A stretch of 38,727 bases of DNA, taken from positions 1-38,727 of the forward strand of contig JACQBO010000006.1 in NCBI GenBank assembly GCA_016194465.1. The letters are read 5' to 3'. Below are positions 9,682 through 18,943 of this stretch, in pieces. This DNA is from Candidatus Kerfeldbacteria bacterium (lineage in GTDB: Bacteria > Patescibacteriota > Patescibacteriia > SBBC01 > CAIJZX01). The stretch's first letter is position 1. Each line of letters begins with the position of its first letter. Both the position numbers and the translations under genes were made by a program. The notes beneath the pieces are model-generated. The model searched no databases. It saw only the letters and a program-made list of their open reading frames with translations, and was not told the DNA's origin.

Positions 9682-10737
9682 ATGCTAAACCGACTCTTCG
9701 GAAGATTCTCGCACGACCTGGGCATTGACCTGGGCACCGCCAATACTCTGGTGTACGTTCGCGATCGCGGGATTGTCATTAATGAGCCCTCGGTGGTGGC
9801 CATTAATACGAAAACAAATCAAGTTCTGGCCGTGGGTGAGAACGCGCGACGGATGGTTGGCAAAACTCCCGGTCATATCGTGGCCAGCAAGCCACTGATC
9901 GATGGGGTTATTTCTGATTTTGAGGTCACCGAAAAAATGCTGAAGTATTTTTTTGATAAAGTCCATCAGGACACCATGGGTTTCTTACCCCGACCACGGG
10001 TGGTCATTGGCATTCCCCTCGGCGTGACCGAAGTCGAGCGCAAGGCGGTCGAAGACGCCTCCTTACATGCCGGGGCTCGTGAAGTCTACTTAATCGAAGA
10101 GCCCATGGCCGCCGCGATTGGCGCCCGTCTGCCCATCCAGGATGCTTCCGGCACGATGGTCGTCGATATTGGCGGCGGGACCACAGAAATTGCAGTTATT
10201 TCACTCGGCGGGGTGGTGGCTTGGCGATCATTACGGCTGGGCGGGAATAAGCTCGACCAGGACATTGTACAATTCGCCCGCGATCAGTTTAATCTCCTCT
10301 TGGGAGAACGAACCGCGGAAGAAATAAAGATCAGAATCGGTTCCGCCTGGGACGACGGTCAGGCCGTTGAGACAAAAATGCGTGGCCGCGACCTGATCAC
10401 CGGCTTACCCAAAGAAGTTACCGTCACCAACGTCCAAATTCGAGATGCGCTCCGTCGCTCCATTCAGACCATGGTCGAAAATATTAAAGCCACGATTGAG
10501 TCGACCCCGCCGGAACTAGTCGCGGACATTTATGAACGGGGTATCATGTTGTCGGGAGGAGGAGCACTCCTGCGCGGCATCGATCAAGCCATCCATAGTG
10601 AGACGCAGATTCCTATTCATATTTCTGACGATCCATTGACGGCGGTCGTCCGCGGAACAGGAATTGTGCTTGAGGATCTTGATGTCTTGCGCCACGTCTT
10701 GGTGCTATCGAGCGATGACCAGCCGTTTAAGCCCTAG
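9682..10737 (+). CDS. mreB: Rod-shape protein MreB (canonical copy)
   Basis: LGIDLGTANTLVYV, NEPSVVAI, DIGGGTTEIAVISLGG, LSGGGALLRGID. Followed directly by mreC and mreD. Confidence 0.93.
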   Translation: MLNRLFGRFSHDLGIDLGTANTLVYVRDRGIVINEPSVVAINTKTNQVLAVGENARRMVGKTPGHIVASKPLIDGVISDFEVTEKMLKYFFDKVHQDTMGFLPRPRVVIGIPLGVTEVERKAVEDASLHAGAREVYLIEEPMAAAIGARLPIQDASGTMVVDIGGGTTEIAVISLGGVVAWRSLRLGGNKLDQDIVQFARDQFNLLLGERTAEEIKIRIGSAWDDGQAVETKMRGRDLITGLPKEVTVTNVQIRDALRRSIQTMVENIKATIESTPPELVADIYERGIMLSGGGALLRGIDQAIHSETQIPIHISDDPLTAVVRGTGIVLEDLDVLRHVLVLSSDDQPFKP

Positions 10738-10739
10738 TC

Positions 10740-11531
10740 ATGACGGCCCGGCCTCTCTCTCGCCGATTGTTATCTACCGGCGTCATTATCCTCTGTCTTG
10801 CCGGCCTGAGCCTGACGAGCTCCGGCGTCCGCGGCGGGCTTGAATCCGGGGGGGCGGCTATCCTGCGGCCACTGAGCGCCGGCGCCTGGTGGGTGACCGA
10901 CCATCTTTCTCTCCGTAAAAAAAATGATATTGCTACGGAACGCGACCACCTGCGCCTCGAGGTTGCGGCCTTAGGGCGACGTTTACAATCAACCGAGGAT
11001 AGTCTCGCGGCTGCCCAGGCTTCACTGCATCTCGAACAATTCGTCGCTTCCACGCAGTTGAACACCGAAAAAGGGAAGGTGATCGCCTATAGCCCGGACC
11101 CAGGTATTAAAAGTATTGTTATTAATCTAGGCAAAAGAGACAATATCAAAGTCGGGCTGGCCGTGGTCAGTGACAATGGATTTTTCCTGGGCAAGATTCA
11201 CGATGTACACGAGGCGACTTCGACGGTGCTGCTCGTCACCGATGGGCAATTGCTCTTATCGGCGCGAATCCATAATGACCAGCAAAGCCTGGGTCTGATC
11301 CGCGGAGAGCGCGGCCTGGCCGTGACCATGGATTACATTTCGAAGAACGATCGGGTTGAGGTTGGTCAGACCGTCGTGACAAGCGGCACGGAGTCGAATA
11401 TCCCTCCGGGGATTCTGGTCGGATCGATTGCCTCGATCCAAACCAAGTCTGATGCTCTCTTCCAACAAGCCTCCGTGGCCAGCCCGGTGGCCTATACCCC
11501 CATCCGCGAAGTAGCTGTTATACTGCAATGA
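10740..11531 (+). CDS. mreC: Rod-shape protein MreC
   Basis: N-terminal TM segment, a coiled-coil segment (ERDHLRLEVAALGRRLQ), and a beta-barrel region with VVTSGTESNIPPGILVGSI. Positioned between mreB and mreD. Confidence 0.8.
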   Translation: MTARPLSRRLLSTGVIILCLAGLSLTSSGVRGGLESGGAAILRPLSAGAWWVTDHLSLRKKNDIATERDHLRLEVAALGRRLQSTEDSLAAAQASLHLEQFVASTQLNTEKGKVIAYSPDPGIKSIVINLGKRDNIKVGLAVVSDNGFFLGKIHDVHEATSTVLLVTDGQLLLSARIHNDQQSLGLIRGERGLAVTMDYISKNDRVEVGQTVVTSGTESNIPPGILVGSIASIQTKSDALFQQASVASPVAYTPIREVAVILQ

Positions 11532-12061
11532 CCAAACGATTCATTCCAATCATCGCGGGGTTGTCCGTCGGATGCGCGGTACTGATCGATATTTCTGTGG
11601 TCAGAAACCTGCCCCACCTATCGGTCGTCGTAAATTTGTCGTTGCTATCAGTCTTGCTCGTGACATGCCTCGAGGGACTGCCAATTGGCCTTCTCGCCGC
11701 CGGCATTGTCGGGGTAGTCTTTACGCAACTTTCCGCCTTGCCGTTTGGCGTCCATCTCGGTGCTTTTTTTGGCGCTTCCTTTGCCGCTCATCTGGGTGTC
11801 CGGCGTTTTTTTACGACTCGCTCGGTACTGAGCCTGCTCGTGAGTGTCAGTCTTGGTACGGTAACGTTTTATTGTATCGGTATTCTCCTGCCCCTGCTTT
11901 GGCGGCAGATCGATCAAGATACACTGTTTCTACCATGGCGTAACATACTCCCAGCTGTATTGATCCAAATCTGTACCCACCCACTCCTTGTCTGGACTTG
12001 GTGGACAGTTCGGCGCTCTGGGATATACACGTTTGTATCGGAAACCGCAAGAAACTACTAA
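11528..12061 (+). CDS. mreD: Rod-shape protein MreD (polytopic membrane protein)
   Basis: 177 aa with about 5 hydrophobic segments. ATGA overlap with mreC, positioned before mrdA. The call rests mainly on context. Confidence 0.65.
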   Translation: MTKRFIPIIAGLSVGCAVLIDISVVRNLPHLSVVVNLSLLSVLLVTCLEGLPIGLLAAGIVGVVFTQLSALPFGVHLGAFFGASFAAHLGVRRFFTTRSVLSLLVSVSLGTVTFYCIGILLPLLWRQIDQDTLFLPWRNILPAVLIQICTHPLLVWTWWTVRRSGIYTFVSETARNY

Positions 12062-12064
12062 ACC

Positions 12065-13975
12065 ATGACCGACCCATTCGGACCAGCTTCAATTTCTCAT
12101 CTTCGGCCGCGCGTATTTCATCGGACCGAGAGTATTGATTCCGATGTTCGCGGTCAACCAGGGATTCAGCCGGATATTATCCCACATCGGCAGACCGGTG
12201 TGAACTGGCTGGGCCTGACATGTGCACTTGTCCTGACCATTTTTGTTGGGCGACTCTATTTTTTGCAAATCGTCGAGGGTCAAACATACCGGCAACGCTC
12301 GGAACGCAACCGTATCCAAACCGAGGTGATAAGTGCCCCCCGAGGCAGTATCGTAGACCGCTATGGTCAACCGCTGGTGTCCAACGCCCCAAACTTCTTG
12401 CTCACGGTGACGCCGGCTGACATACCATCGGCCGGCCGGCCGCGTCAAGATGAGATTGACCAACTTGCCGCTATCATTCATCGAAAACCCGATGAAATAA
12501 AAAATGCGATCTCTGATCGACGACATCGCAGCACGGATCCCGTAACCATTGTCGACCATGCCCCGGAGTCAGAGGCAATCGACTGGATGGTCCAGACGGC
12601 GTCTATGCCCGGGGTACGGGTGACCTCCGTGCCCACTCGACAATACCTCGACGGACCAAACACTTCAGCCATACTTGGGTACATTGGTGTGGTATCGGGT
12701 TCGGACCTCGAAGCTCATCCCCAGCTCACCCCGCAAAGCGTCAATGGAAAGACTGGCCTCGAAAAACAGTATGACGTCGACTTAACCGGGCAAGATGGAT
12801 TTCGAGACATTGAGCGTGATGTACGAAATCAGTCACAAGCTATCGTTCGCCAACAAGATTCGCAACCGGGAAAAACACTCACCTTAACCATCGATCGTCA
12901 ACTACAAATAAAACTTTCTGAGCGTTTACTCGCGGAGATCAAGGTCGCCCACAGCCCCGGCGGATCCGCGGTGGCGCTCAACCCACAAACCGGGGAAATA
13001 CTAGCTTTGGTCAGCGCCCCGGCCTTTGACAATAACTGGTTCGTGACCCCTGGTCATAGTGACCAGATCACTACCGCTCTCCAGGACCCGGCCCGCCCAT
13101 TTCTCAACCGGGCGATTAGCGGCCTCTATCCTTCGGGCTCGATCATTAAACCGCTGTTAGCGGCGGCGGGTCTGCATGAGCATGTGGTCACTCCAGACAC
13201 GACGGTGGTAAGTACGGGCGGTATCACGGTGGGTTCCGATCATTTTCCCGACTGGAAGTCTGGCGGACACGGCATCACGAACCTGGCCAAAGCACTTGCC
13301 GAATCAGTCAATACGTATTTTTATATTCTGGGCGGTGGCTATCAGGGAAAAATCGGCCTGGGCGTTGATCGCATGGTCAAATATTTACAGGCCTTTGGCT
13401 GGGGAAGCAAAACCGGAGTTGACTTGCCGGGTGAGTCTCAAGGCCTGCTACCGACGAAAGAGTGGCGCCAAACTACCCGGGCGACGCCTTGGAAGCTTGG
13501 GGACACCTACCACCTTTCGATTGGGCAGGGCGATCTGCAAGTCACCCCCCTACAAATTGCCTCCGGCTTGAGTGCCATTGCGAACGGCGGGACACTCTAC
13601 CAGCCCCACCTGGTCTCAACCGTGACCGACGCCAACAACCAAATTGTGCGCACATATGCACCAACCGTTCTTCGGACGAATATCGTTTCCTCAACTGACA
13701 TTATGGCGGTGCAGAACGGAATGCGGCAGGGTGTCTTAAACGGCAGTTCGCGGTCCTTGCAATCGTTACCCGTGCCCGCCGCCGGCAAGACAGGGACCGC
13801 CCAGTTTGGCCGCGAGGGCAAAACACACGCCTGGTTTGCGGCGTATGCACCATACGACCACCCGACAATCCTCATTGTGGTCATGGTCGAGGCCGGCGGG
13901 GAAGGGAATGCCACGGCTCTCCCCGTGGCTAAAGATGTTCTGCAATGGTTTTTTTCGCGTAACCAGCACCCATGA
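12065..13975 (+). CDS. mrdA: Penicillin-binding protein 2 (class B transpeptidase)
   Basis: TM anchor, LYFLQIVEG pedestal start, SxxK (SGSIIKP), SxN (ESVNTYF) and KTG (GKTGTAQ). Confidence 0.88.
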   Translation: MTDPFGPASISHLRPRVFHRTESIDSDVRGQPGIQPDIIPHRQTGVNWLGLTCALVLTIFVGRLYFLQIVEGQTYRQRSERNRIQTEVISAPRGSIVDRYGQPLVSNAPNFLLTVTPADIPSAGRPRQDEIDQLAAIIHRKPDEIKNAISDRRHRSTDPVTIVDHAPESEAIDWMVQTASMPGVRVTSVPTRQYLDGPNTSAILGYIGVVSGSDLEAHPQLTPQSVNGKTGLEKQYDVDLTGQDGFRDIERDVRNQSQAIVRQQDSQPGKTLTLTIDRQLQIKLSERLLAEIKVAHSPGGSAVALNPQTGEILALVSAPAFDNNWFVTPGHSDQITTALQDPARPFLNRAISGLYPSGSIIKPLLAAAGLHEHVVTPDTTVVSTGGITVGSDHFPDWKSGGHGITNLAKALAESVNTYFYILGGGYQGKIGLGVDRMVKYLQAFGWGSKTGVDLPGESQGLLPTKEWRQTTRATPWKLGDTYHLSIGQGDLQVTPLQIASGLSAIANGGTLYQPHLVSTVTDANNQIVRTYAPTVLRTNIVSSTDIMAVQNGMRQGVLNGSSRSLQSLPVPAAGKTGTAQFGREGKTHAWFAAYAPYDHPTILIVVMVEAGGEGNATALPVAKDVLQWFFSRNQHP

Positions 13976-13992
13976 GCGCTGTGGATAACCCG

Positions 13993-14021
13993 TTGACATG
14001 ACCTACAAAAGAGGATACTAT
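13993..14021 (+). promoter_or_regulatory. Sigma70-like promoter upstream of greA
   Basis: TTGACA (13993-13998), exactly 17 nt spacer, TACTAT (14016-14021). It lies in the first real intergenic gap after 14 kb of packed genes. Confidence 0.5.
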
Positions 14022-14046
14022 AGGCGCTTGTTCCCGATGGGGAGCA

Positions 14047-14535
14047 ATGTATCTGTATCCTATGATGACTGATCGAATTAGCTATCTGACAAAAGAAGGT
14101 CGCGACAAGCTCCAGGCGGAGTATGAAACACTCATCCACACCCGCCGCAAAGAAATTGCGTCCCGGATTCAGGAAGCCAAGGAATTGGGCGACCTATCTG
14201 AGAACGCCGAATATCAAGAGGCTAAAAATGAACAAGCCTTTAACGAAGGAAGGATCGAGGAGTTAGAGACGATCTTAAAACATATGGTCATCATCGACGA
14301 TGGCCGCCGATCGAACGCCGACGTGATCGAGGTCGGGTCTTTCTTAACTGCCAAGCGGGATGGACAGAAACTTGAATTACACATCGTTGGTTCCAATGAA
14401 GCCGACCCGCTACGAGGAAAAATCTCTAACGAGTCTCCGCTGGGCCGGTCCCTGCTCGGTCGCAAGATCGGAGAAACCGTCGTGGTGACCACCCCCAAAG
14501 GCGAAGTTTCATACGAAGTTCTGACGCTGCGATAG
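14047..14535 (+). CDS. greA: Transcription elongation factor GreA
   Basis: LTKEGRDKLQAEYETL, ENAEYQEAKNEQ coiled-coil tip, and a C-terminal globular domain with ISNESPLGRSLLGRKIGE. The start is uncertain (ATG at 14047, 14062 or 14065). Confidence 0.9.
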   Translation: MYLYPMMTDRISYLTKEGRDKLQAEYETLIHTRRKEIASRIQEAKELGDLSENAEYQEAKNEQAFNEGRIEELETILKHMVIIDDGRRSNADVIEVGSFLTAKRDGQKLELHIVGSNEADPLRGKISNESPLGRSLLGRKIGETVVVTTPKGEVSYEVLTLR

Positions 14536-14551
14536 TGGGCGCCGTGAGCCA

Positions 14552-14576
14552 GGCATTGTGTCATGCCCCTTTTTTT
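14552..14576 (+). terminator. Weak intrinsic terminator candidate after greA
   Basis: GGCAT (14552-56) / ATGCC (14563-67) form a 5-bp stem with a 6-nt loop, followed by CC and a run of 7 T (14570-14576). The stem is short. Confidence 0.3.
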
Positions 14577-14584
14577 AGTACGAT
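14556..14584 (+). promoter_or_regulatory. Candidate lysS promoter placed for a leaderless transcript
   Basis: TTGTGT (14556-61), 17 nt, TACGAT (14579-84), then 6 nt to the lysS ATG at 14591. No Shine-Dalgarno motif. Confidence 0.3.
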
Positions 14585-14590
14585 GAATGC

Positions 14591-16039
14591 ATGTCAGAGC
14601 GTAGTGACCAAGAAGATATTCGACGCCAACGCCGGTCTCAATTATTAGCCCAGGGGGTTAACGTCTATCCATCCAAGGTGAGCCGGACGGCCACGCTTGG
14701 AGACCTGGCGACGCATTGGCAAGACGGGTTGCGCCAGACGGTTGATGGTCGAATCTCCTCTATCCGCCTTCAGGGTGGGTCAGCCTTTATCGATCTCCAA
14801 GATGAAACCGGGAGCATCCAGCTTTTTGTCCAATCAAAAAAACTTGGTGCGGATTTCGAGATGCTGACCGCCAACCTAGATATTGGTGATTTTATTGAAG
14901 CCGAAGGAGAAACGTTTACCACCAAACGCGGCCAACCGAGTCTTGATATACGCGGCGTTCGCTGGCTGGGCAAGGCGCTACGGCCACTGCCATCGCATTG
15001 GCACGGGCTGCAAGATGTTGAGCTACAGTATCGTTTCCGTGAACTTGACCTCATCACCAATAAAAAGTCGCGCCCTATTTTCCAAGCCCGCGGCATCATA
15101 TTGAAAACGGTCCGAAATTTCTTAGATCAACATGGCTTTCTTGAGGTTGAGACACCGATGCTTCAAGCAATTCCGGGCGGCGCCACGGCCCAGCCTTTCG
15201 TTACTCACCACAACGCGCTTGATCTTGACTTATACTTACGGGTGGCGCCGGAACTCTATTTAAAACGACTGATCGTCGGCGGCCTGGGGCGCGTCTATGA
15301 AATTGCCCGCTGTTTCCGCAATGAAGGCATTGATCACGACCATAGTCCCGAGTTCACCCAGGTAGAACTGTACGTCGCATATGCGGATTACCAATGGATG
15401 ATGACCTTCTACGAACAGCTGCTGCTCGAGGTTTGTCAGCACGTCCATGGTCGGTCGGAATTTCCGTATGGCCAGCACACGATCAGACTGAAAACTCCTT
15501 TCGTCCGCTTATCATTCCGTCAGGCCATCAAAGAATTGTCCGGCATCGATATAAGCGTAGCCGATCCTACATTATTTCAGGCGGCGAGAAAAGTGGGGAT
15601 TGAGGTCAATACCACGATGACCCGGCCCCAAATTATTGACGAAATTTTTAAAACGCAGGTCCGCCCAAAAATCATGCAGCCAACATTCGTGATTGATTAC
15701 CCGCTCGAGCTCTCACCTCTAGCCAAGAAAAAACACGACGATCCCACCTACACGGAGCGCTTTCAGTTACTGCTGGCAGGCACCGAGCTTGGAAACGCCT
15801 TCTCTGAACTTAATGATCCGGTTGACCAGCGCCAACGTTTCGAAGCCCAGGAAAAACTCCGCGCTAAAGGCGATGAAGAAGCACAGCGCATCGACGAAAC
15901 GTTTTTGAAATCGCTGGAGTATGGGATGCCCCCGACGGCTGGCCTTGGTTTTGGCATTGACCGTCTGACCGCAGTTCTGATGAACCAGCACAACCTCAAA
16001 GACGTCATCTTATTTCCGACCCTCAGACCCGAGTCATGA
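14591..16039 (+). CDS. lysS: Lysyl-tRNA synthetase, class II
   Basis: N-terminal OB anticodon-binding domain. Class II core motifs: FLEVETPML, YEIARCFRNEG, GFGIDRLTAVL. Confidence 0.93.
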   Translation: MSERSDQEDIRRQRRSQLLAQGVNVYPSKVSRTATLGDLATHWQDGLRQTVDGRISSIRLQGGSAFIDLQDETGSIQLFVQSKKLGADFEMLTANLDIGDFIEAEGETFTTKRGQPSLDIRGVRWLGKALRPLPSHWHGLQDVELQYRFRELDLITNKKSRPIFQARGIILKTVRNFLDQHGFLEVETPMLQAIPGGATAQPFVTHHNALDLDLYLRVAPELYLKRLIVGGLGRVYEIARCFRNEGIDHDHSPEFTQVELYVAYADYQWMMTFYEQLLLEVCQHVHGRSEFPYGQHTIRLKTPFVRLSFRQAIKELSGIDISVADPTLFQAARKVGIEVNTTMTRPQIIDEIFKTQVRPKIMQPTFVIDYPLELSPLAKKKHDDPTYTERFQLLLAGTELGNAFSELNDPVDQRQRFEAQEKLRAKGDEEAQRIDETFLKSLEYGMPPTAGLGFGIDRLTAVLMNQHNLKDVILFPTLRPES

Positions 16040-16587
16040 ACCGCGACGAAGCCCTACAGATCATGGAGGAACATGTGCGGAACGCCAACCTGCGCAAGCA
16101 TATGCTCGGCACCGAAGCCGCCATGCGTGCCTATGCCATCAAATATGACGGCGACCCTGAAGAGTGGGGGATGGTCGGTTTGCTCCACGACTTTGATTGG
16201 GAAATCCATCCCACGTTAGTAGACCACCCAGCCAAAGGACAAAGCATTCTTGAGCAACGGGGTGTTCCCGCCACCGTTCGTCAGGCAATCATGGCTCACG
16301 CCCCCCATACTGGCACCATAGCCACCAACGATATGGAGAAATGCATTTTTGCGGTTGATGAACTCTCTGGATTTATTGTCGCCTGCGCGCTTGTCCAGCC
16401 GAATAAAAAACTGGCTGAGGTTACGGTTGATTCGGTCAAAAAAAAACTAAAAAGCAGGGGATTTGCTGCCCAGGTCAACCGCCAAGAAATTCAGCAGGGG
16501 ATACAGCTGCTCGGCATTCCTGAAGGCGAGCATATTCAAACGGTCCTGGCGGCACTTCAAAACATCCATGAAACCCTGGGACTATGA
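16036..16587 (+). CDS. Small stand-alone HD-domain phosphohydrolase
   Basis: RKHMLGTEAAM ... VGLLHDFDWE ... HPAKG ... MAHAPHTG (H...HD...H pattern). ATGA overlaps at both ends, with lysS and with serS. Confidence 0.7.
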   Translation: MNRDEALQIMEEHVRNANLRKHMLGTEAAMRAYAIKYDGDPEEWGMVGLLHDFDWEIHPTLVDHPAKGQSILEQRGVPATVRQAIMAHAPHTGTIATNDMEKCIFAVDELSGFIVACALVQPNKKLAEVTVDSVKKKLKSRGFAAQVNRQEIQQGIQLLGIPEGEHIQTVLAALQNIHETLGL

Positions 16588-17831
16588 TTAATCTAAAGGA
16601 TTTTCTCGAAAATCCGGAACGCTATATCGCTGGATTCAACCGGCGTGGGTTTGATGGTAATAAAATATTCCTTGAATTACCCGAGCGATCCAACCAACAA
16701 AAAGAGCTGGAATCTTGGCAACAACAAGTTCACGAAGCAAGTAAAATTATTCCAACTCTCAGTCCGGCCGAGAAGAAAAAAAAGATCGCCGAGATGAAAA
16801 AGATCTCGGATAAAATCGCCCTCATAAAATCCAATCTTCGGGTGGGCAGTTTGGTCGAAACCCCGAACCTTCCCAAGGATGACGTGCCGGATGGAAAAAA
16901 TGAAGAGGACAACGTCGTCCTACGGGAAGTTGGCAAGAAACCAAAGCTGGAATCACCGCAAGAGTATCTAGCCCTGGCCGAACTGCTGGGCATCATCGAT
17001 ATGGCTCGGGGAAGCAAAGTCTCTGGTTCTCGATTCGGGTACTTGCTGGGCGCGGCGGCGCAACTCGAGTTTGCCTTAGTCCAATTCGCCCAATCAATTA
17101 TTTTGCCAGCAGGATTTACTATGGTCGTGCCGCCGGCCTTGATTAAAAGCGAGAATATGGCCGCCATGGGCTTTTTAGCCGGAGGAGGGGAGAGAGAGAC
17201 ATACCATTTCACTGATGATGATTTGTATTTAGTCGGCACCTCCGAGCAATCAATTGGCCCAATGCATCGTGATGAAACCTTCAATGAAGAAGATTTGCCA
17301 AAACGATATTTGGCATTTTCTTCTTGTTTTAGAAGGGAAGCCGGATCATATGGAAAAGACACGAAGGGCATTATTCGCGTCCATCAATTCGACAAACTGG
17401 AAATGTTTTCGTTCTGTCTACCGGAAAAATCTGATCAGGAGCAAGAATTCTTTTTGGGCGTGGAAGAAAAACTCATGCAGAAGCTCGAGCTTCCATACCG
17501 AGTAGTAAAACTTTGTGCCGCTGATTTAGGCTGGTCCAGTGCTCGGACATATGATATTGAAACCTGGATGCCCGGTCAGGCCGTCTACCGTGAGACCCAT
17601 TCAACCTCGACCACGACTGATTACCAATCACGCGACTTACATATTAAGGTTCATCGTGGCGAAAAAAAAGAATTCGTTCACATGATCAATGGCACGGCTT
17701 TTGCCATCGGGCGAACGCTGGTCGGCATCATCGAAAACTACCAACAACGTGACGGTTCAATTGCCATTCCCCAGGTGCTCCAACCATTCATGGGCGGCTT
17801 AAAAAGCATCAAGGCCCCGGCTCATGCCTAA
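16584..17831 (+). CDS. serS: Seryl-tRNA synthetase
   Basis: N-terminal coiled-coil arm. SRFGYLLG, FRREAGSYGKDTKGIIRVHQFDKLE, TWMPGQ..YRETHSTS, NGTAFAIGRTLVGIIEN. Confidence 0.92.
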   Translation: MINLKDFLENPERYIAGFNRRGFDGNKIFLELPERSNQQKELESWQQQVHEASKIIPTLSPAEKKKKIAEMKKISDKIALIKSNLRVGSLVETPNLPKDDVPDGKNEEDNVVLREVGKKPKLESPQEYLALAELLGIIDMARGSKVSGSRFGYLLGAAAQLEFALVQFAQSIILPAGFTMVVPPALIKSENMAAMGFLAGGGERETYHFTDDDLYLVGTSEQSIGPMHRDETFNEEDLPKRYLAFSSCFRREAGSYGKDTKGIIRVHQFDKLEMFSFCLPEKSDQEQEFFLGVEEKLMQKLELPYRVVKLCAADLGWSSARTYDIETWMPGQAVYRETHSTSTTTDYQSRDLHIKVHRGEKKEFVHMINGTAFAIGRTLVGIIENYQQRDGSIAIPQVLQPFMGGLKSIKAPAHA

Positions 17832-18939
17832 GACAGTTCGGACCTGGGTGGAAATATCGGAGTCGGCACTCCGGCATAACCTTAGGGCGACCCAAGCGCT
17901 TTTTGGAGCTGGCACTCTGATCACCCCCGTGATCAAGGCTAATGCTTACGGGCATGGGATGCTACAAGTTGCCCACAGCCTCAAAAACACCCCAATTTGG
18001 GGCTTGAGCGTGGCCTATGGGTCAGAAGCCCTAACGCTCCGCCAGGCCGGAATTAGGCGAAAAATACTGGTCCTGAGCTATTGGGAGCCTTCAGAGCTGC
18101 GCCTCCTCATCGAGCAAGATATCGATGTAGTCGTTTATGATTTTACGACACTAAATCAAATCCGGCGTATCGAGGAGAGGATAGCCAAACAGGCAATGAT
18201 TCACCTGAAACTCGACACGGGCACCAGCCGCATCGGCTTTTTGCCATCAGATATAACGCGACTGAAACAGACGTTGAAACATCGGGCTCATAACGTCCGC
18301 GGGATTTTTTCCCACCTCGCCAACGCCGAGGAATATCCCACCCGGCGAACCATCTCCCAGCTGGCGCACTTTGACCTGATGGTACACCGATTAGCCATCA
18401 AGGCTCCCTATGTCCATTTGTCGTGTACGGCCGCCTCGTGGCGGTACCCAACTAGCCGCCGTGACCTGGTTCGACTCGGCCTCGGTTTATATGGACTTTG
18501 GCCATCCGCGGCCATCCGTACTTGGTCGCAGCAGCACCGGCCAAAATACCAACTACGTCCGGTGATGGAGTGGAAGAGCATGCTGGCGCAGGTGAAGACC
18601 ATCCCTGCCGGCACCGGAATTGGCTACGGGAGCACCGTCCGTTTGAAGAAAGCGACGACCATCGGCGTGGTACCGGTGGGGTATGCCGACGGATACGATC
18701 GATCATTGTCCAACAAGGCCTGGGTTATGATCGATGGCCAGCCCGCCCCGGTGCTCGGCCGAATTTGCATGAATATGTTCATGATTGACCTGAGCCGCGG
18801 GCGACATCCAAAGGTCGGCCAGCCCATCACCTTACTTGGGCCGGGAATCTCGGCCCATGAACTAGCGGAGATGGCCACCACCATTTCGTACGAAATTGTC
18901 AGCCGTATTTCACCTGATATACCGCGGAGAAGACTCTAA
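17824..18939 (+). CDS. alr: Alanine racemase
   Basis: PLP-lysine motif VIKANAYGHG, C-terminal GYGS and YADGY, ICMNMFMID. 8-nt overlap with serS. Confidence 0.9.
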   Translation: MPKTVRTWVEISESALRHNLRATQALFGAGTLITPVIKANAYGHGMLQVAHSLKNTPIWGLSVAYGSEALTLRQAGIRRKILVLSYWEPSELRLLIEQDIDVVVYDFTTLNQIRRIEERIAKQAMIHLKLDTGTSRIGFLPSDITRLKQTLKHRAHNVRGIFSHLANAEEYPTRRTISQLAHFDLMVHRLAIKAPYVHLSCTAASWRYPTSRRDLVRLGLGLYGLWPSAAIRTWSQQHRPKYQLRPVMEWKSMLAQVKTIPAGTGIGYGSTVRLKKATTIGVVPVGYADGYDRSLSNKAWVMIDGQPAPVLGRICMNMFMIDLSRGRHPKVGQPITLLGPGISAHELAEMATTISYEIVSRISPDIPRRRL

Positions 18940-18943
18940 ATTT

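Noticed and set aside
16730-17371. Long antisense ORFs inside well-supported genes. Examples: 213 aa opposite serS, 6854-7387 (177 aa), 13597-14139 (180 aa), 22280-22879 (199 aa opposite gltX), 26148-26759 (203 aa opposite priA), 29019-29546, 30107-30673, 33861-34445, 35160-35699.
   Set aside because: Each lies entirely or mostly opposite a CDS with unmistakable family motifs. Their translations are Arg/Pro/Gly/Ser-rich, low-information sequences typical of the reverse frame of GC-rich genes, and none shows a recognisable domain, signal peptide or start context.
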